Assembly (NCBI GenBank): GCA_963775855.1
Contig: CAVZKO010000008.1
Location: 116,965 to 180,964, forward strand
DNA: 64,000 nt
Reading direction: 5' to 3'
Source: an uncultured Chloroflexia bacterium
GTDB taxonomy: Bacteria > Chloroflexota > Limnocylindria > Limnocylindrales > CSP1-4
The translations under genes were made by a program, and so were the position numbers. How positions within the stretch are numbered: the stretch's first letter is position 1; every line of letters begins with the position of its first letter. The notes below the pieces were generated by a model. The model had not been told where the DNA came from. It was given only the letters and a program-made list of their open reading frames with translations, and did not search any database. Positions 10,771 through 24,108 of this stretch are shown here, one piece after another.

Positions 10771-13700
10771 ATGATGCGCCTCATCGTTCGTTCGAGCCTG
10801 CGTTACCGCTTCCTCGTCCTCGCCGCCGCGGCCGGGATGATGGTCATCGGTCTCGGCCGGATCCAGAATGTGCCGGTCGACGTGTTCCCGGAGTTCGCCC
10901 CGCCACGGGTCGAGATCCAGACGATCGCTCTCGGGATGTCGACCGCGGAAGTCGAGTCGCTCGTGACCGTGCCCATCGAGCAGGCGCTTGCCGGCATCGA
11001 GGGGCTCAACATCCTGCGCTCGAAGTCCGTCCCGCAGCTCTCGCAGATCGAGCTGATCTTCACGCGAGAAACAAATCTGCTGCGGGCTCGCCAGCTTGTT
11101 GCCGAACGCCTCTCCAACGTGGCCGCGACGCTACCCACCTGGGCCAGTCCGCCGTTCATGATCCAGCCGCTCTCGGCGACGAGCCGGGTCCTGAAGGTCG
11201 GCCTGTCGTCGGACACGATGTCCATGATGGATCTGTCGATGACGTCGTACTGGACGATCCGCAGCCGGCTCCTCAGCGTCGAGGGCGTCGCTAACGTCAC
11301 GATCTACGGCGAGCGGCTCAAGCAGCTCCAGGTGCAGGTCCTCCCCGAGCAGATGGCGGCGAAGAGCGTCACGCTCGACGATGTAATGGTGGCGGCAGCG
11401 TCCGCCCTCGACGCCGGGCTCCTCCGCTTCAGTGACGGCAGCCTGATCGGCACGGGCGGCTTTGTGGACACGGCCACCCAGAGGATCGTCGTCCAGCACC
11501 TGCCGACGGTCATCACTGCCGAGAGTCTCGCCAACGTCAAGGTCGAGAACGCACTCGGCAGGCAAATCCCCCTGACCGATGTCGCGAAGCTCGTCACCGA
11601 CTTCCAGCCGCTGGTCGGCGACGCCGTCATCAACGACGGCCCAGGGATCATGTTGATCGTCGAGAAGTTCCCGTGGGCCAACACCCTCGACGTCACCCGC
11701 GGCGTCGAGCAGGCGTTCGCTGAGCTGCGGCCGGGTCTCCAGGGCATCGAGATCGACACGACGATCTTCCGGCCGGCGACCTTCATCTCCGTGGCCCTCG
11801 ACAATCTCGCCCGGGCGCTCCTTATCGGCTCCATCCTCGTCTTCGCGATCCTGGTCCTGTTCTTGTTCGACTGGCGGACGGCATTGATCAGCCTCGTCGC
11901 GATCCCGCTGTCGCTGATGGCCGCCATGCTCGTCCTCGACCTCCGCGGGACGACGATCAACACGATGGTGATTGCCGGGCTGATCATCTCGGTCGGGGTT
12001 GTCGTTGACGACGCGATCATCGATATCGAGAACATCGTCCGCCGCCTGCGCCAGCACCGGCTGGCCGGGAGCAATCGCTCGACGGCGTCGATCGTCCTTG
12101 ATTCCTCTCTCGAGGTCCGAAGCGCGATCATCTACGCGACGCTGATCGATGTCGTCGCGATCATCCCGGTCTTCTTCGTCGGGGGTCTATCGGGGGCGTT
12201 CTTCCAGCCGCTCGTGATCTCGTACGGCCTGGCAGTGCTGGCCTCCCTGGCCGTCGCCCTGACGGTGACCCCGGCGATGGCCCTGATCCTGCTCCGCAAC
12301 GCCGCGGTCGAACGACGTGGCTCGCCGGTCGCCCGGCTCCTCCAGCGTGGCTACCAGGGGCTCCTGAGCCGGATCGTCCGCCGCTCCAGGCCGGCCTTCG
12401 TCGCTGTCGGGGCGATCAGCGTCGCCGGCGCCGTCGTCTTCTCCCAGCTTGGCCAGGGCCTGCTGCCGGACTTCAAGGAGCGGGACTTCCTGATGCACTG
12501 GGTGACCGCGCCCGGGACCTCGGCATGCAGAGGAGGTCCGGATCGCGACCGCTGCATGCATCGAGTTGCGCTCGATCCCCGGCGTCCGCAACTGCGGTAC
12601 CCACATCGGCCAGGCCTTTCAGGCCGACGAGCCGTACGGCATCGACTTCGGGGAGAACTGGATCAGCGTCGACCCGGCCGTCGACTACGCCAGCACGCAC
12701 GACGCCATTCTAGAAGTCGTTAATGGCTATCCCGGCCTGCGGCGCGACGTCCAGACGTATCTCAAGGAGCGGATCCGGGAGGTCCTGACGGGCTCCAGCG
12801 ACGCGATCGCCATCAAGATCTATGGGCCGGACCTCGAAGTTCTTCGGGAGAAGTCGATCGAGCTCGAGGAGGCCATGTCCGGGATCCCGGGCATCATCGA
12901 CCTCCATCGCGAGCTCCAGGTCGAGGTTCCCCAGGTCCAGGTCGAGGTCGACCTCGCCAAGGCCCTCGCTTACGGGATCAAGCCGGGCGACGTTCGACGC
13001 GCGGTTTCGGTCTTGCTGGCGGGCGAGGAGGTCGGCGACATTTTCGTCGCCGGCAAGGCCTACGACGTCATGGTCTGGACGACGCCTGCTGTTCGCGAGA
13101 GCGTGACCGACATCGAAGACCTCCCGATTGACACGCCAGTCTCGGGACCGGTTCGCCTGGGCGAACTCGCCGATGTCCGCGTGGTCTCCAGTCCCAACAG
13201 CGTCAGCCATGAGGCGCTCACCCGTCGTATGGGCGTCGGCGCCAACGTGAGCGGGCGCGACCTGGGTGCGGTCATCCGGGACGTGGAAGCGGCCGTCGCC
13301 GGTATTCAGTTCGACGAGGGCTATCATCCCGAGTTCCTCGGCGAGTTCGCCGAGCGACAGGCCGCCCAGAGCCGCCTGCTGCTGTTCGCCTTGGCCGCGG
13401 TGATCGGGATCTTCCTGCTGCTCCAGGCCTCGTTCGGGAGCACCCGGCTGGCGGTCCTGTCGTTCCTGTGCCTCCCGTCGGCACTCGTCGGTGGGGTCCT
13501 GGCGGCGTGGATCGGTGGTGGGGTGATCTCGCTCGGATCGCTCGTCGGCTTCTTCACCGTCTTGGGAATCGCCGCCCGCAACGGGATCATGATGATCAAC
13601 CACTTCCAGCACCTCGAGCGCTACGAGGGCGAGGCGTTTGGTCCGGCGCTCGTCATCCGCGGCGCACGGGAGCGGCTCTCGCCGATCCTGATGACAGCCC

Positions 13701-13906
13701 TGGCTACGGGTCTGGCCCTTGTGCCGCTGGCGATCGCCGGCGACCTGCCGGGGCATGAGATCGAGCACCCCATGGCGATCGTCATCCTGGGCGGCCTCGT
13801 CACTTCGACGCTGCTCAACTTGTTCGTGGTCCCGTCCCTCTACCTGCGCTTCGCGCGGCGTGGGGTCGGCGGGAGCGGAACGGAGGCCGCGGTCCAGGCA
13901 ACCTGA
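10771..13906 (+). CDS. Efflux RND transporter permease (CusA/CzcA-like), paralogue of the upstream copy; single frameshift near 12500-12570
   Basis: ORF 10771..12723 (650 aa) carries the N-terminal half including VVVDDAIIDIENIV. ORF 12566..13906 carries the second periplasmic loop and the C-terminal TM bundle. The two are colinear with the upstream RND copy. Confidence 0.85.
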
Positions 13907-13946
13907 TCTACCGTCACCGGGGCTTATAGAGGGGGTTTCGTTCAAT

Positions 13947-14903
13947 ATGCGTCCCATCGTTGGTCTCCTGGCAGTCGGTTTGTCGACCGTGCTAGCCGCC
14001 GCGAGTTGCGCCGCGGTCGCCAATCCCTCGCCCAGCACCGCCGCGTCCGTGCCCAGCGGCAGCGCGCCTTCCGCCACGCCTTCGCCGACGCCCACGCCGG
14101 AACCGACGGTGGCGCCCGAACCCACCGAATCGCTGATCGAGACGTTCCCCCAAGATTCCTTCAGTGACCCGACGACGGTGGACAACATCTACTACCCGCT
14201 GATCCCAGGGACGCGTCTGACCTTCGAGGGCCAGGTCAATGGCGACGAGGGGGAGCGGCTCGCCCACAGCGTCGTCATGACCGTCACCGACATGACAAAG
14301 GTCATAGATGGCGTCGAGAACCGGATCGTCCACGAGCAGGACTTCACGGCCGGTGAGCTTGTCGAGGCGGAGCTCGCTTTCTGGGCCCAGGACGACGAAG
14401 GCACCGTGTGGCACATGGGCGAGTACCCCGAGGAGTACGAGGAAGGGGAGATCGTCGCAACGCCGGCCTGGATCGCCGGGGTCAAGGACGACAAGGCCGG
14501 GATCTACATGATGGCGAAGCCGCAGCTCGGCACTCTCAGCTATTCCCAGGGTTGGGGCCCCGATGTCGGCTGGGCGGACCGGGCGAGAATCTTCGAGACG
14601 GGTTCGGCGACGTGCGTTCCCGCCGGCTGCTACGACGACGTCCTTGTGACCGCCGAGTACAACCCTGACGACCCCGACGCCTATCAGCTCAAGTACTACG
14701 CACCCGGGGTCGGCCCTGTCCGGGTCGGCTGGGCCGGCGCCCTCGAGAAGGACCAAGAGGTCCTCGAGCTCGTGACAATCGCGATGCTCACAGAAGAGGA
14801 ATCAACGAAGGTCCGACAGACCGTCCTCGACATGGAGAAGCGGGCATACGAGCTCGACAAGGACGTCTACGGCACGACTGAGCCTGCCAAACCCTCCGGC
14901 TGA
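13947..14903 (+). CDS. Secreted lipoprotein of unknown function (about 319 aa), immediately downstream of RND2
   Basis: ATG at 13947 inside the 13719..14903 frame. Signal peptide MRPIVGLLAVGLSTVLAAASC with a lipobox, then a Pro/Thr/Ser-rich linker and an acidic globular domain. No recognisable family. Confidence 0.55.
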   Translation: MRPIVGLLAVGLSTVLAAASCAAVANPSPSTAASVPSGSAPSATPSPTPTPEPTVAPEPTESLIETFPQDSFSDPTTVDNIYYPLIPGTRLTFEGQVNGDEGERLAHSVVMTVTDMTKVIDGVENRIVHEQDFTAGELVEAELAFWAQDDEGTVWHMGEYPEEYEEGEIVATPAWIAGVKDDKAGIYMMAKPQLGTLSYSQGWGPDVGWADRARIFETGSATCVPAGCYDDVLVTAEYNPDDPDAYQLKYYAPGVGPVRVGWAGALEKDQEVLELVTIAMLTEEESTKVRQTVLDMEKRAYELDKDVYGTTEPAKPSG

Positions 14904-15010
14904 GGAACTCGGGCGTCTCTGGCTCGCCGGGCTGCCGTGCAAACGGCTGATCGCTGGGCAACTGCTATCGTGCGGCGGTGGACACCTCCACGATCGCCCA
15001 CCACCCGACG

Positions 15011-15709
<699 letters not shown>

Positions 15710-15714
15710 AGCAC

Positions 15715-16728
15715 ATGGCCGCAGGACTGTTCGAACTCCGCAAGGACCCGATCACGGGCTGGTGGGTCGCAACCGTCGTGGATCGCGCCTTCCATCGCGA
15801 CCGGTTCGCGACTCCGGCGGAGCTGGTCGACGATGGTGGCGACTGCCAGAACTGCCGGTTGCCGGCAGGCGACGGGATCCGGGTCCGGACGCTCAAGGAC
15901 TACGCGTTCCATGTCGTCGGCACGAACGAGGACGCTCGCGAGCTGGACGGGACGCTCGCCCAGGTCGCGCTGTCGCAGGCGCGGGCGAGCGGGAGCTGGC
16001 GAACGATCGTCGCGCCTCCCGGCGAGCACCGGCCGCTCCACGCGGTCGGCAACGAGATCATCGAGGGGCTCGTCGCGCCGCGCACGCGCTGCTATCTCGG
16101 ACGCGCGTTCGACCGCGCCAGACGGACCACCTCCAGGTGATCCAGAACTGGGGTGCCCAGGCTGGAGCGCGGACGAACCACCTTTGCCTCGACCTCTACG
16201 ACCTTCCCCAGATCCCGCACCGCGTCGCGGAGGAGCTGGGCGGCTCGGCCCGATTCGTCATCCGCGAAGGGGAGTGCCCGTGGTGCCGCCTCGTCCGCGA
16301 CGAGACAGCGTCGGCCCGACAGGATGGTCTGGGAGGACGACTCCACCGTCGCGTTCGCGCCGTTCGCCTCACGCTCCCCGTTCGAGATCTGGATCGTACC
16401 CGCGACGCCACGAAGCGGACTTCGGGAGAGCGACGGACTCGGACGTGACGGCGACTGCCGAGGCCCTTCGGCAGGTTCTGGGCCGACTCGCGGCGAGCCT
16501 CGACGGGCCGCCCGTACAACCTCGTCCTGCACACATCGCCGCTCCGCGAGCAGGTCGACGCGACGTACCACTGGCATTGGGAGGTCCATCCGCGGCTCCG
16601 GGAGATCGCGGGGCTGGAGCTGGGAACCGGCTTGCCGGTCAATCCCGTCTCCCCGGAGGACGCCGTGGAGGAGCTCCTCGGTCGCGTCCGGCCGGCCTTC
16701 CACGATGCGAGGGAGGCGGCGGGCTGAT
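15715..16728 (+). CDS. Galactose-1-phosphate uridylyltransferase-family (GalT/HIT-like) protein, split over 3 frames
   Basis: N-terminus LFELRKDPITGWWVATVVDR and a C-x-x-C element in the 15370 frame. Middle HLQVIQNWGAQAGA...ECPWCRLV in the 15762 frame. A C-terminus recovered by hand (PYNLVLHTSPLREQVDATYHWHWEVHPRLREIAGLELGTGLPVNPVSPEDAVEELL) ends at about 16728. Confidence 0.6.
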
Positions 16729-16847
16729 GGCCGGTGCGCCGCTGCGGGGACGGCGTCACACGACGACGGCAACACCTCGTCTCTGCTTCGTGGACTGGGC
16801 GACGACTGTCGCTCGGCTCCCTCCTCTCTCCATCTTCGGAGGACGAA

Positions 16848-17470
16848 TGGTCGGCGGCCTCAGCAGCGACTTCGGCGCGACCCGGGCCCTGCTCGGCGGC
16901 GCGGCCATGAGCCGCGCCTGGGATCACGACCTCGCGGGCCTCTTCGTCGAGGAGCTTTTCGCCAAGCATCACGGCGAGATCTACGCCTACCTCATCAGGA
17001 TGATCCGCGACCCAGAGCTCGCCGCCGACCTGACCCAGGACGCGTTCGTCAAGGCGTACCGCGCGTACGACAGCCTCGAGAAGCCCGAGAACGCGCGGGC
17101 CTGGCTCTACCAGATCGCCCATCGCGTGGCGCTCGACCACATCCGTCGCCAGAAGATCGTCCGCTTCCTGCCATGGACCGGCGAGTCACGCGGTGCGGTC
17201 CCGTCGGCTGAGCATCTCGTGATGGAGGCCCACCTCTCGGGCGATCTCCAGCGTGCCCTCGAGCGCATTCCCGAACGTCAGCGGGCCGCACTCCTGCTGG
17301 CCGAGCTGCATGATCTGACCGGCCTCGAGCTTGCGGCAGCGCTCGGGGTCAGCCACGTGGCGGCGCGGGCCCTGCTCACCCGGGCCCGGGAGAGCCTCCG
17401 CCAGGCGCTCGCGTCCGAACGTGCTCGCCGAGGCCGAGCCGCGCGTCACCGCCACATCCGGAGACAAGCG
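16848..17470 (+). CDS. ECF (sigma-70 family) RNA polymerase sigma factor; 3' end obscured by a frameshift
   Basis: Inside the 15833..17617 frame: region 2 (LFAKHHGEIYAYLIRMIRDPELAADLTQDAFVKAYRAY) and region 4 (RIPERQRAALLLAELHDLTGLELAAALGVSHVAARALLTRARESL). Confidence 0.7.
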
Positions 17471-19206
17471 ATGAGCCTCCTCGGCGGCCGCGGCGGGCGC
17501 TCCGACGATTGGTCAACGCAGCACGACCGTGCTCGCGCGCGACTCTCAGAACGGCTCGACGGCCCCCTCGATCCCGAGGAGTCGCAATGGCTCGACGAGC
17601 ATCTCGCAGAGCTGTGACGACGTGCGCGGTCACGGCCGCCGAGTACGCGGCCCAGCGCCTCGAGCTCCGCGCCCTCCGCGATCGGATGCCCGCCCCGCCC
17701 CGCGATCTGTGGGCGAGGACCGCAACGTCGATCGAGCGCGAGGCTCGCCATCGTGCACTCCAACCTCGCGGCGGCCGCGCCGATCCACTCTTGCCCCGTA
17801 TGCCCTGCTCGCCGGTGCGGTGGCCGTGGCTGTCGTCGTCGGGACGCTGACCTCCTCCCAGGCTTCCCGGCGATCGCGACGGCCACGCCCGCCGCATCGA
17901 ACGAGATCGCCGTCGACCAATGACACCGCCCCTCGCCGACCCGACTCCGCTCGCTGTCGCCCGCCAGGAAGTCGAGTACGTCAGCCTCGACCCTGACGGC
18001 CTGGTCCAAGATCAACACGACCCAGATCTCGGAGGTCTGTCCAACCGGGGCCGGCACCTGCGCGACGACGCGAGCCAAGCGAGGTCGTGAGCATCGGCCC
18101 GCTGTCGAGCCCGGAGACCGTGTTCGGATCGGGCGACGCGCCGCTCGTCGTTCTTGGCGACAGCGCCAACGGGTCGAGCGTCTTTGCGGTCGCGCGGCCG
18201 GACAAGGTCGGACCCGATTCGACTCCCTCGCTCGAGCCCACGCCGTCGGTCAAGCCGACAGCCATCTCCATCGGGCTCGGACACGAGCGGCCCCACGCCG
18301 TCGGCGAGCTCGCCCGTCGAGTCGACGCCTCCGGCCTCGAACGAGCCGCCGGCCGGGACGGTCGAGATCGCGACTGGCCTCGACGTGGTCGACACGACCG
18401 CCGCCTACGCCCCGGATGGCTCGGCGTTCGCCTTCACGGCTCGGCCGTCGGACGGCTCGCACGGACCCGACATCTATCTCTGGACGGTCGGCGATCGCCG
18501 CGGCCCGTCCGATCACGACCGACCACCGATCGGTCTTCGGCTCGTGGGTCGGCGACATGATCGTCGGCAGCACGGTTGTGACCTCGGATGACGGGCTGAC
18601 GAACTCTCCGGCGGCCTTCGTGCTCGCGACCGACGGCCGGGAGGCCGTCTCGCTTCCGCAGGCCGGCCTCGCGTGGCGGCCGGTGGTCGACCCCACCGGA
18701 GGCGCCGCGGTCTACTGGGCCGGCACGCTCGAGCCGACCGACGATGATCTCGGCTGGCGGACCGATCGCGGGCGCCTCGTCATCGGTCGATGGAGTGCCG
18801 GTCCGGACGCTTCCGACGAGCCCGGGCGCAACGCCCCTGACGCGGCGACCAGGCCGTCGAGCGCGCCGAGACGACGATCGCCGAGGGTCCGCTCGCCGAT
18901 TGGGACGCGCGCTGGGACGAGACCGGCACACGGCTCGCCGTCTGGGTGGCCGACGCGGACGACCCGCGAGTCGGAACCCTGAGCCTCTACGTCGTCGACC
19001 CGTTCGACGGTCGGATCGACCTCGCAAACCCGCAGCTCGAGGACGAGCGGGCGCTCGCCGGCTTCTCGATCGCAGACGGCCGCCTCGCGTGGGCGGCCCC
19101 GGCCGGCAGCTCGGACAAGGCGAAGCACGTGAAGGTCCTCGCCTGGACGAACGAGGGATTCGGCCAGGTCGAGAGCGCCGAGGGGGACTTCCTGCTCGTT
19201 CGCTGA
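17471..19206 (+). CDS. Anti-sigma factor with a single TM helix and a large extracytoplasmic domain, split over about 5 frames
   Basis: Starts MSLLGGRG with HLAEL, then a C-rich motif after a shift (zinc-finger anti-sigma style). TM helix APYALLAGAVAVAVVVGTL. Extracytoplasmic pieces in ORFs 18087..18560, 18154..18591, 18416..18982 and 18946..19206 (TolB/beta-propeller-like DGSAFAFTARPSDGSHGPDIYLW). Confidence 0.5.
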
Positions 19207-19210
19207 GCCC

Positions 19211-19838
19211 TTGGCGCCGCGCCCATCGACGGCACAGGAGGATGCGGGCGAGCCCGAATCGGCGTATCGTGCGCGGATCGTGCGACCGAGCCGATTGCTC
19301 GCGATCGCGGCGCTCACCGCCGCCCTCGCCCTGGTCGTGCTGCCGGATATCGCCGGCTCCCGGAGCTCCGAGCTCCGCGAGCATCGTCGATCCGGCGGCG
19401 TTCCAGCCGATCCCGGTCCCAGCGTCCGCCGGCGAACATCCGACCTCGGTCGGTCCGCTCGATCCGTCGCTGGCCTCCGCCGGCTCGGGTTACCGCCGAC
19501 ACGGCATTCGTGGAGCCCGGCAAGGCGCCCGAACGGGTCGTCGGCCGCCCGACGGTCCGCCAGCCGGCGGCCAACGGCGGGTCGCGCTCAAAGCCGCCGC
19601 GCTACAAGATCAGCGGCTACGCGACGTTCTACAGCCACGGGACGACGGCGATGCGGCTGCCGCGCGGGACGACGGTCATCATCTGCGGCAAGGGCGGCTG
19701 CATCGAGCGGGTGATCAGCGACTACGGTCCCGCCGACGTCAACCAGCGGATCGTCGACCTCTACACCCCGACTTCTTCGACATCTGCGGCTGCCCATCCT
19801 GGGCCGGCACCACCTGGGTGACGGTCTCCGTCTACTGA
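19211..19838 (+). CDS. Secreted DPBB (RlpA-like double-psi beta-barrel) domain protein, frameshifted
   Basis: Signal/TM segment LLAIAALTAALALVVL in ORF 19211..19714. DPBB core GYATFYSHGTTAMRLPRGTTVIICGKGGCIERVISDYGPADVNQRIVDLYTP in ORF 19510..19821. The final residues DFFDICGCPSWAGTTWVTVSVY end at 19838 in a third frame. Confidence 0.55.
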
Positions 19839-19859
19839 CGGCGTCACCGCGAGCCGCGT

Positions 19860-20879
19860 CGCTCAGCCCCAGCGGTCCCGCAGGCGCGGCAGGATCTCGC
19901 GGCTGTAGAGGTCGAGGAAGCGGGCCTGGTCGTTGCCGGGGGCGTGGAACACCAGGTGCGTGAAGCCGAGCTCGACGTACGGGCCGGATCTGCTCGACGT
20001 GCTCGTCGGGATCGGACGAGACGAGCCAGCGGCTCGCGGCCTTCTCGAGCGGCAGCTCCGCGGCGAGGCGCTCCATCTCGCGCGGATCCTCGACGCCCAT
20101 CTTCGATTCGGCCGGCAGGGCCAGCGCCGCCCAGATCCGGGTGTCCTCGAGGGCCCGGTTCCGGTCGTGGTCGTACGAGACCTTGACCTCGATCATCTTC
20201 TCGACCGCGTCGGTCGACCGACCGGCCTTCTCGGCGCCCTCGGCGACGGCCGGCAGGAGCGTATCGGCGTACAGCTCCATGCCCTTGCCGGACGTGCAGA
20301 TGAAGCCGTCGGCGACCCGCCCGGCGAGCCGCGCCGCCGCCGGGCCGGACGCCGCGATCCAGTACTCGACCGGGTCGCTTCGGCCGGTCGTAGACGGTCG
20401 CGTTGTGGGTCTTGAAGAACTCGCCCTCGAACGTCACGAACTCCTCGCGTCCAGAGCCGCCGGATGAGCTCGCTCGCCTCCTTCAGCCGCGCGAACCGCT
20501 CCTTCTGGTCCGGCCACTCGATCCCGAGCGGCACCTCGTTGAGCGACTCGCCGGTGCCGACGCCGAGGATGACCCGCCGTCCCTCCGCGAGGCAGCCGAT
20601 CGTCGCCATCGCCTGGGCGACGATCGCCGGGTGGTAGCGGAACGTCGGAGTCAGCACGCTCGTCCCGATCGCGACCCGCTCCGTCCGCAGCGGCCAGCGC
20701 GCCCAGCCAGGCGAAGCAGTTCGGGGCGTGGCCATCGGTGTGGCGCCACGGCTGGAAGTGGTCGCTGACGAAGACGCTGTCGAAGCCCGTCCGCTCGGCC
20801 TGGATCGCGAAGTCGAGCAGCTCGCGCGGCCCGAACTGCTCGGCCGATGCCTTGTATCCGAGGGTCAACATTGAAGGGC
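19860..20879 (-). CDS. fgd: F420-dependent glucose-6-phosphate dehydrogenase-like LLM-class oxidoreductase, split over 4 frames
   Basis: N-terminus [44 protein letters not shown] (ORF 20434..21132). Core [46 protein letters not shown] (ORF 20193..20735). [19 protein letters not shown] in ORF 19844..20437. C-terminus ...[38 protein letters not shown] ends at about 19860. Confidence 0.75.
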
Positions 20880-21044
20880 GGCCTCCTCGACTGTCGTGTG
20901 TCCGCGTCCATGTTCGCCCAAGTCCGTCATTCGGGCCCGCGCCGTGTCGGTCGCGGAGCGGGCTGCGGTATCCTGTCGAGCGACCCTTCGGCGACGGCCC
21001 CGTGAGGCCGCCTTGGAGGCCCAGTGAGGCCGGGAAGGAGCGGA

Positions 21045-22650
<1,606 letters not shown>

Positions 22651-22654
<4 letters not shown>

Positions 22655-24039
22655 CCGACCTCGACATCAGCCGGGCGTGGCTGGTCGACCCGGCGGCGGG
22701 CCGAGAGGGGCCGGGCGACATCGTCGTCCGGGACGGGATCCTCGAGTCGGTCGCCTGGCTGGACGGCGCGGACGCGGACGGGATCGACGACCGCGGCGTC
22801 GTCGTCGCGCCCGGCTTCATCGACCTCCACGCCCACTTCCGCGAGCCGGGCAACGAGGACGCGGAGACGATCGCGTCGGGGCTGGCGGCCGCGGCTCACG
22901 GCGGTTTCACGACCGTCTGCCTCATGCCGAACACGACGCCGGCGCTCGACGATCCGGCGGTCCTGGCACGGGTCACCGCGGCCGCAGGCGCGAGTGGTTC
23001 GCCGGTGCGGGCGCTGGCGTACGGGGCGGTGACGGCGGGGCGCGGCGGAGAGACGCTGGCGGCGCTGGGCGAGCTGGCGGATGCCGGCGTCGTCGGCTTC
23101 TCCGACGACGGATCGGGCGTCGGCTCGGCGGAGCTCGTCAGGAACGCGCTCGCCTACGCCGGCGCGCTCGGGCTGCCGATCGTCGACCACGCCGAGGACG
23201 CGACCCAGACCGTCGGCGCCGAGGCGAACGACGGCTTCGTCGCGACCGTCCTCGGGCTGCGCGGCTGGCCCGCCGCGGCGGAGGAGGCCGCCGTCGCTCG
23301 GGACCTCGCGATCCTCGCCGAGGTGGTCCGGGACGTGCCGGGCGGCGCGGCTCCACCTGACCCACGTGTCGACCGCCGGCTCGCTCGACCTGGTCCGGCG
23401 GGCAAAGGCAGCGGGCCTGCCGGTGACGTGCGACGTCACGCCGCATCACCTCGCGCTGACCGACGAATGGGTCGCCGGCTCGCGGCGCTGGGCGTGGGAG
23501 GCGACCGGCGACCCGTGGAGCGACGGAGCGATCACGGCCGCGCCGTACGCGAGCTCGCTGCGGGTGAACCCGCCGCTGCGATCGGCCGGCGACGCGGCCG
23601 CCTGCCGCGAGGCGCTGCTCGACGGGACCGCGGACGCGGTCGCGACCGACCACGCGCCGCACACCGCGGTCGACAAGGACGTCGAGTTCGGGCTGGCGGC
23701 GAACGGGATCAGCGGCATCGAGACGGCGCTCGGCGTGCTGCTCGCGGCGGTCGACGCGGGGCTGATCCCGCTGGCGCGCGCGATCGAGTCGCTCACGACG
23801 GGCCCGGCCGCGGTTCTCGGCAGGCGATTCGTGGACCGGCCGGTCGGCCTCGTGGAGGGCGAGCCGGCGGACCTCGTCGTGTTCGATCGGTCGGAGAGCG
23901 TGGACGGTCTCGGCCGACGCGCTGGTGTCGCAGCGGCAAGAACTCGCCGCTGATCGGGCGGCAGCTCTCGGGTCGCGTGCTGGCGACGTTCGCGGGCGGC
24001 CGCATCGCGCACGAGGCCGCCCTGGAAGTCAGCCGCTGA
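22651..24039 (+). CDS. pyrC: Dihydroorotase PyrC, with 2 frameshifts
   Basis: The GTG start overlaps the pyrB stop. VVAPGFIDLHAHFREPGNEDAETIASG...VCLMPNTTPALDD in the 21712..24039 frame. HLTHVSTAGSLDLVRRAKAAGLPVTCDVTPHHLALTDE...ATDHAPHTAVDKDVEF in ORF 23081..23953. The tail ...ATFAGGRIAHEAALEVSR ends at 24039. Confidence 0.8.
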
Positions 24040-24108
24040 AGGCCACCTGGCACATTGGGCCGTCCGGCGCTTGGATGACGGCCGCCCGCTCCGCTACGCT
24101 GCGCCCGA

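Noticed and set aside
13719-14903. 394-aa ORF starting inside the RND2 3' end
   Set aside because: Its N-terminal 76 residues are an alternative-frame read of the RND2 C-terminus. The real gene is the lipoprotein starting at ATG 13947.
15833-17617. 594-aa ORF spanning the galT-like gene through the sigma factor
   Set aside because: It reads through out-of-frame galT sequence. Only the 16848-17470 portion (sigma factor) is credible in this frame.
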